Source: Amoebophrya sp. A120 (taxonomy: Eukaryota > Protista > Dinoflagellata). Taken from it: a DNA stretch of 64,000 nucleotides. Under the pieces are notes generated by a model. That model did no database searches. It was not told where the DNA came from and worked only from the letters and a program-made list of their open reading frames with translations. Below, one piece after another: positions 61,701-64,000 of the stretch (position 1 is the stretch's first letter; every line of letters starts with the position of its first letter). The translations under genes were made by a program, and so were the position numbers. The stretch spans positions 3,803,519 to 3,867,518 of the forward strand of contig CAJINV010000004.1 in NCBI GenBank assembly GCA_905178155.1, given 5' to 3'.

Positions 61701-62887
61701 GGCCGCCGTTCGAGGAGGACGACGACGACGGGGCGGCGCTGCAGTATGAGAGTGCACAACTCCCCCTCCCCCTCATTTGTAAAGCATGAACGGCAATACA
61801 AACACCAGCACACAAGGAGCCTATGCATGACAAGTTCGTGCGCCCACTGGCACTGTAGTGCTGTTTCTGTTTGCTGGGCTTCCGGAATCTGTCATGCAAA
61901 CAGTGCCACAGGGAAGCACGTGGATTTGGGGTTTTCCATGACAAATGAGGGGGGAGGGGGGGTTGTGCACTGTCATATGCAGGAGGAGATCCGCATGAAG
62001 CTCCGCGGGCGGAGCATTCCGAAGATGGCGAACGAGATCATGTTATGAACTGCAAAAGTATCGTACTCGTATAAATGCATTACAAATTTTCTCAGCATCA
62101 GAAATAAAATTTGCCATGCTGATTTACCTTAAGAAAAATATTTGTAATGCAAGACCTGCATTTATACGAATGCGATACTTTTGCACAGGATACATGTCCT
62201 TGTCCGCCAAGACATCCGCCCTGGATCTGCAGCTGACCGACTACTATCCTGTGCAAAAGTATCGTACTCGTATGAATGGCAGTCTTGCATGACAGATCTA
62301 CCATTTTACCTCAATCAGCATTACAAATTCCATTTTTCCTTTTGCAAAAGTTTGTCATGCGATTTATACTAATCCGATACTTTTGCAATGCATAACTACC
62401 AGCTGAAAAAGCACGCGGACCGGTCGCGGATCCGCGAGCGCACGGAGTACGACCAGTTCATGAACCAAGCCGCGAAAAACCAACATATGCTGTGCAAAAG
62501 TACTATCGTACTCGTACTAATTGCAAATATGCATGACAGATCTTCCTCCAAAGGTAAAACAGCATTACAAATTCCACTTTTCTACTTCTTGCGAAAATTT
62601 GTAATGCAATTTAAACTAGTACGTTACTTTTGCAATGCATACAGCACACCGTGGAGCAAAAAACGAGGGAGATGCAGGTGTCCCGCTCGAGTGCGCGCCA
62701 GCACTTCATGTTCGACCGCGTCACCAAGCTATCCTCCGAGACGCCCAGCGTGGCGGCTTCCGGCGGGTGCTTTGTCAAGGAAGAGGACGTGACCATGCGG
62801 GAAAAGAAGAAAAAAGCGGTGCTGCGCTGCCACGACCTGCTGCTACAAAACCAGTTTCACGCCTCGCTGTCAACGCTGATGGGTGTG
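46713..62887 (+). CDS. Very large protein: N-terminal leucine-rich repeats followed by ARM/HEAT-like helical region; about 30 introners; 3' part disrupted by mosaic region
   Basis: LxxLxLxxNxL repeats (LKELYLGRNQLTSIPALAGLPSLEILILNHNRI, LRKIDLRGN, MFKIAENPF). The exon junctions checked join in frame after removing element plus one DR; GT-AG intron 52266-52787. Confidence 0.75.
46761..47014. mobile_element. Introner family A
   Basis: DR TGGGG. Confidence 0.9.
47260..47512. mobile_element. Introner family A
   Basis: DR GGGAA. Confidence 0.9.
47768..47928. mobile_element. Introner family B
   Basis: DR GAACC. Confidence 0.9.
48180..48521. mobile_element. Introner family C
   Basis: DR CTACA. 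Confidence 0.88.
48541..48746. mobile_element. Introner family D-like
   Basis: DR GCGCG. Confidence 0.85.
48806..48951. mobile_element. Introner family B
   Basis: DR GAAAA. Confidence 0.9.
49103..49238. mobile_element. Introner family B
   Basis: DR GGCTC/GGCTA. Confidence 0.9.
49308..49518. mobile_element. Introner family D
   Basis: DR TGCGG. Confidence 0.88.
50221..50496. mobile_element. Introner family E
   Basis: TIR TATCCTATGTAAAAACGTCCCCACCC; DR CGTCT. Confidence 0.88.
50530..50767. mobile_element. Introner family G
   Basis: DR TTCCG/CTCCG. Confidence 0.9.
51630..51859. mobile_element. Introner family D
   Basis: DR CAACC. Confidence 0.9.
51901..52174. mobile_element. Introner family A
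   Basis: DR GGACT. Confidence 0.9.
52447..52710 (+). ncRNA. tRNA-like Pol III-type RNA with ~190-nt structured insert replacing the anticodon loop
   Basis: Terminal stem TAGCGCG/CGCGCTA, D-arm GCAT-AACTGGAA-ATGC (A box), stem CCCGGCC/GGCTGGG, T-arm ACAGG-TTCGAAT-CCTGT (B box), TTTT at 52707-52710. Confidence 0.65.
52862..53011. mobile_element. Introner family B
   Basis: DR GTCTC. Confidence 0.9.
53396..53660. mobile_element. Introner family A
   Basis: DR AAGCG. Confidence 0.9.
53713..53925. mobile_element. Introner family F
   Basis: DR TGGTC. Confidence 0.9.
54155..54421. mobile_element. Introner family A
   Basis: DR CATGA. Confidence 0.9.
54457..54607. mobile_element. Introner family H
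   Basis: DR CGATT/CGATC; homologous to 37130-37280. Confidence 0.9.
54669..54889. mobile_element. Introner family F
   Basis: DR GCCTG. Confidence 0.88.
54935..55196. mobile_element. Introner family A
   Basis: DR CACCG. Confidence 0.9.
55514..55793. mobile_element. Introner family E
   Basis: DR CTACA. Confidence 0.9.
56003..56129. mobile_element. Introner family B
   Basis: DR GTTAC. Confidence 0.9.
56297..56460. mobile_element. Introner family B
   Basis: DR GTTTC/GCTTC. Confidence 0.88.
56533..56843. mobile_element. Introner family I
   Basis: TIR TATGGGAGTGTCAG / CTGACGCTTCCATA; DR CGCAC. Confidence 0.9.
57072..57333. mobile_element. Introner family A (opposite orientation to 28840-29084)
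   Basis: DR CGCAG. Confidence 0.9.
57432..57710. mobile_element. Introner family E
   Basis: DR AGCAC. Confidence 0.88.
58878..59159. mobile_element. Introner family E
   Basis: DR AGTCG. Confidence 0.88.
59174..59424. mobile_element. Introner family A
   Basis: DR GTCTG. Confidence 0.9.
59461..59695. mobile_element. Introner family G
   Basis: DR GCGGC. Confidence 0.9.
59925..61744. other. Assembly gap (N at 59925) followed by a mosaic of duplicated gene and introner fragments
   Basis: 59926-~60100 repeats ~59393-59570; an 83-bp unit recurs at 60227, 61057, ~61615 and ~62987; an exon copy lies at 61429-61495. Confidence 0.8.
60310..61056. other. Hairpin-dense ~750-bp insertion flanked by 83-bp direct repeats (structured RNA or retroelement-like)
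   Basis: Many short stems, e.g. GGGGCTGGAG..CTCCAGCCCC, GCGACCAA..TTGGTCGC, ACTCACG..CGTGAGT, CCGGTTTC..GAAACCGG. Confidence 0.5.
61745..61977. mobile_element. Introner family F (absent from the duplicate exon at 59829)
   Basis: DR TGCAG. Confidence 0.92.
62044..62192. mobile_element. Introner family B
   Basis: DR CATGT. Confidence 0.9.
62245..62394. mobile_element. Introner family B
   Basis: DR ACTAC. Confidence 0.9.
62486..62641. mobile_element. Introner family B
   Basis: DR CAACA/CAGCA. Confidence 0.88.
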
Positions 62888-63300
62888 TATCAAATGCAAA
62901 AATGTCTGGGTCTGGAAGAATGCAGCTTGTCATGCTAAATCTGAAGCATGCAAAAATCTGTGTTGCATGATTACCAAAAGTCGTCCAGATATTGAATTAC
63001 TACAAAAGCGACCGAGCTCAATAAAATCCTGTTCCGCAAGAACCACCGGAGCGGCGTGGGCGCTTGTGATGAAAAAATCAAAAGTCACACACCTTCTACA
63101 TCGGCAGCAGCAAGAACAGAAGAGGAAACTACTCTTCACAAAGACGAGAACGAAGACCACGATGAAAGCAAAGAAGTGCGACACGTGTTCTGGAAATAAC
63201 GATGGTGACGAAAATGGACACCTCAAGCACAAGCTGCTGACCGGGGACGAAGAGGACAACATATCGAATAACAATGGCTTACTATCCTCCAGCGCGCAAA

Positions 63301-63606
63301 TATGGAAGCGTCAGAATCGAAATTCGCAAAATCGAAAAACTTGTGATGTATAAAAATCTATACCAGTTGGAGCCTCAGTTTCTAAGTGGCGCATGACAAA
63401 TTTTGGGAGCAACAAAATTCAGTCTGTCATGCTGTTTGAGCAAAAAGACTGCTCCTGTCATGCTACTCTAGCAGCATATCGTCTTCCCCTAAACAGGCTT
63501 GTAATCGGTCTTATTTGCCTGCTCCCCAACACAGGTAATGCGTGCCCTACATTTTATGCATTACAAATTTTTCGATTTTGTCGATTTCGATCCTGACATT
63601 CCCATA
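63301..63606. mobile_element. Introner family I (flanks not duplicated)
   Basis: Family I TIRs; flanks GCAAA vs CGTTT. Confidence 0.8.
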
Positions 63607-63667
63607 CGTTTCGGGGAAGAAATACGCCCCGGTCAGCACGTCGCACTTGCGGATGCCGGAGCACGGG

Positions 63668-63919
63668 TATCAAATGTAAAAGTGTCTGGGTCTGGAAACT
63701 TGTGATGCTGGGTAGCGTCTCATGATGAGGCCAAAAATGCTGGCCCAGCATGACAAGTTTCTGAGCTTCTAGGTGTTGCCTATTCTGCATGACAAACTGC
63801 GTTTCTGCATCACAGAAAAACAGAGCTCCTGGGTAACGTGCATGACAGATTTAAGAGTCATGCCAGACAAGCATGACAAACATCAATTCTTCCAGACCCA
63901 GACATTTTTACAGTTGATA
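63668..63919. mobile_element. Introner family A (flanks not duplicated)
   Basis: Close to 59174-59424 in sequence; flanks ACGGG vs AGAAG. Confidence 0.85.
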
Positions 63920-64000
63920 AGAAGTTGTCTGGGACTTTTGTGGGATGAAACTGAAGGAAGAAAACATATCCTGTGCAAAAGTATCGTACTCGTAGTAATT

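Noticed and set aside
9903-63790. Many short ORFs with recurring peptides (CKNVWVWK, PDPDIFA, QKCLGLE, MSGSGR, AKVSYSY)
   Set aside because: These are translations of introner TIRs, not a protein family.
5184-63919. Recurrent repeats separated by unique sequence resembling a CRISPR array
   Set aside because: The repeats are inverted pairs with variable spacing, the unique parts are in-frame exons, and there are no cas genes.
1-64000. Autonomous transposase for the introners, and dinoflagellate spliced-leader relics
   Set aside because: No DDE transposase ORF and no CCGTAGCCATTTTGGCTCAAG match were seen by eye in this window.

Overview
Eukaryotic, intron-rich protist DNA, most consistent with the syndinian parasitic dinoflagellate Amoebophrya. 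That call is inferred from the invasive non-canonical introner elements, not from a marker gene. Genes are mostly on the + strand: the 3' end of an AP-5 sigma subunit, EMG1/Nep1, a putative papain-fold (Cys/His) protein, a TMEM163-like cation transporter, acyl-CoA-binding protein, RanBP2-type zinc-finger proteins, a ~1270-aa protein and a >16-kb LRR/helical-repeat gene. The ~1270-aa protein has a signal peptide, a bacterial HicA-toxin-like domain and a basic C-terminal NLS-like tail. About 65 introners from ~10 families interrupt these genes. Each typically starts TAT, ends ATA, has terminal inverted repeats and a 5-bp direct repeat, and carries many copies of a shared GCATNACA motif. Removing the element plus one repeat copy restores the reading frame in the cases checked. 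The most interesting items are the HicA-domain candidate effector, a tRNA-shaped Pol III-type RNA with a ~190-nt structured insert, an empty/filled introner site pair, and several insertions flanked by long (36-83 bp) direct repeats. The region after the N at 59925 is a mosaic of duplicated fragments and may be partly misassembled. All coordinates were read by eye.
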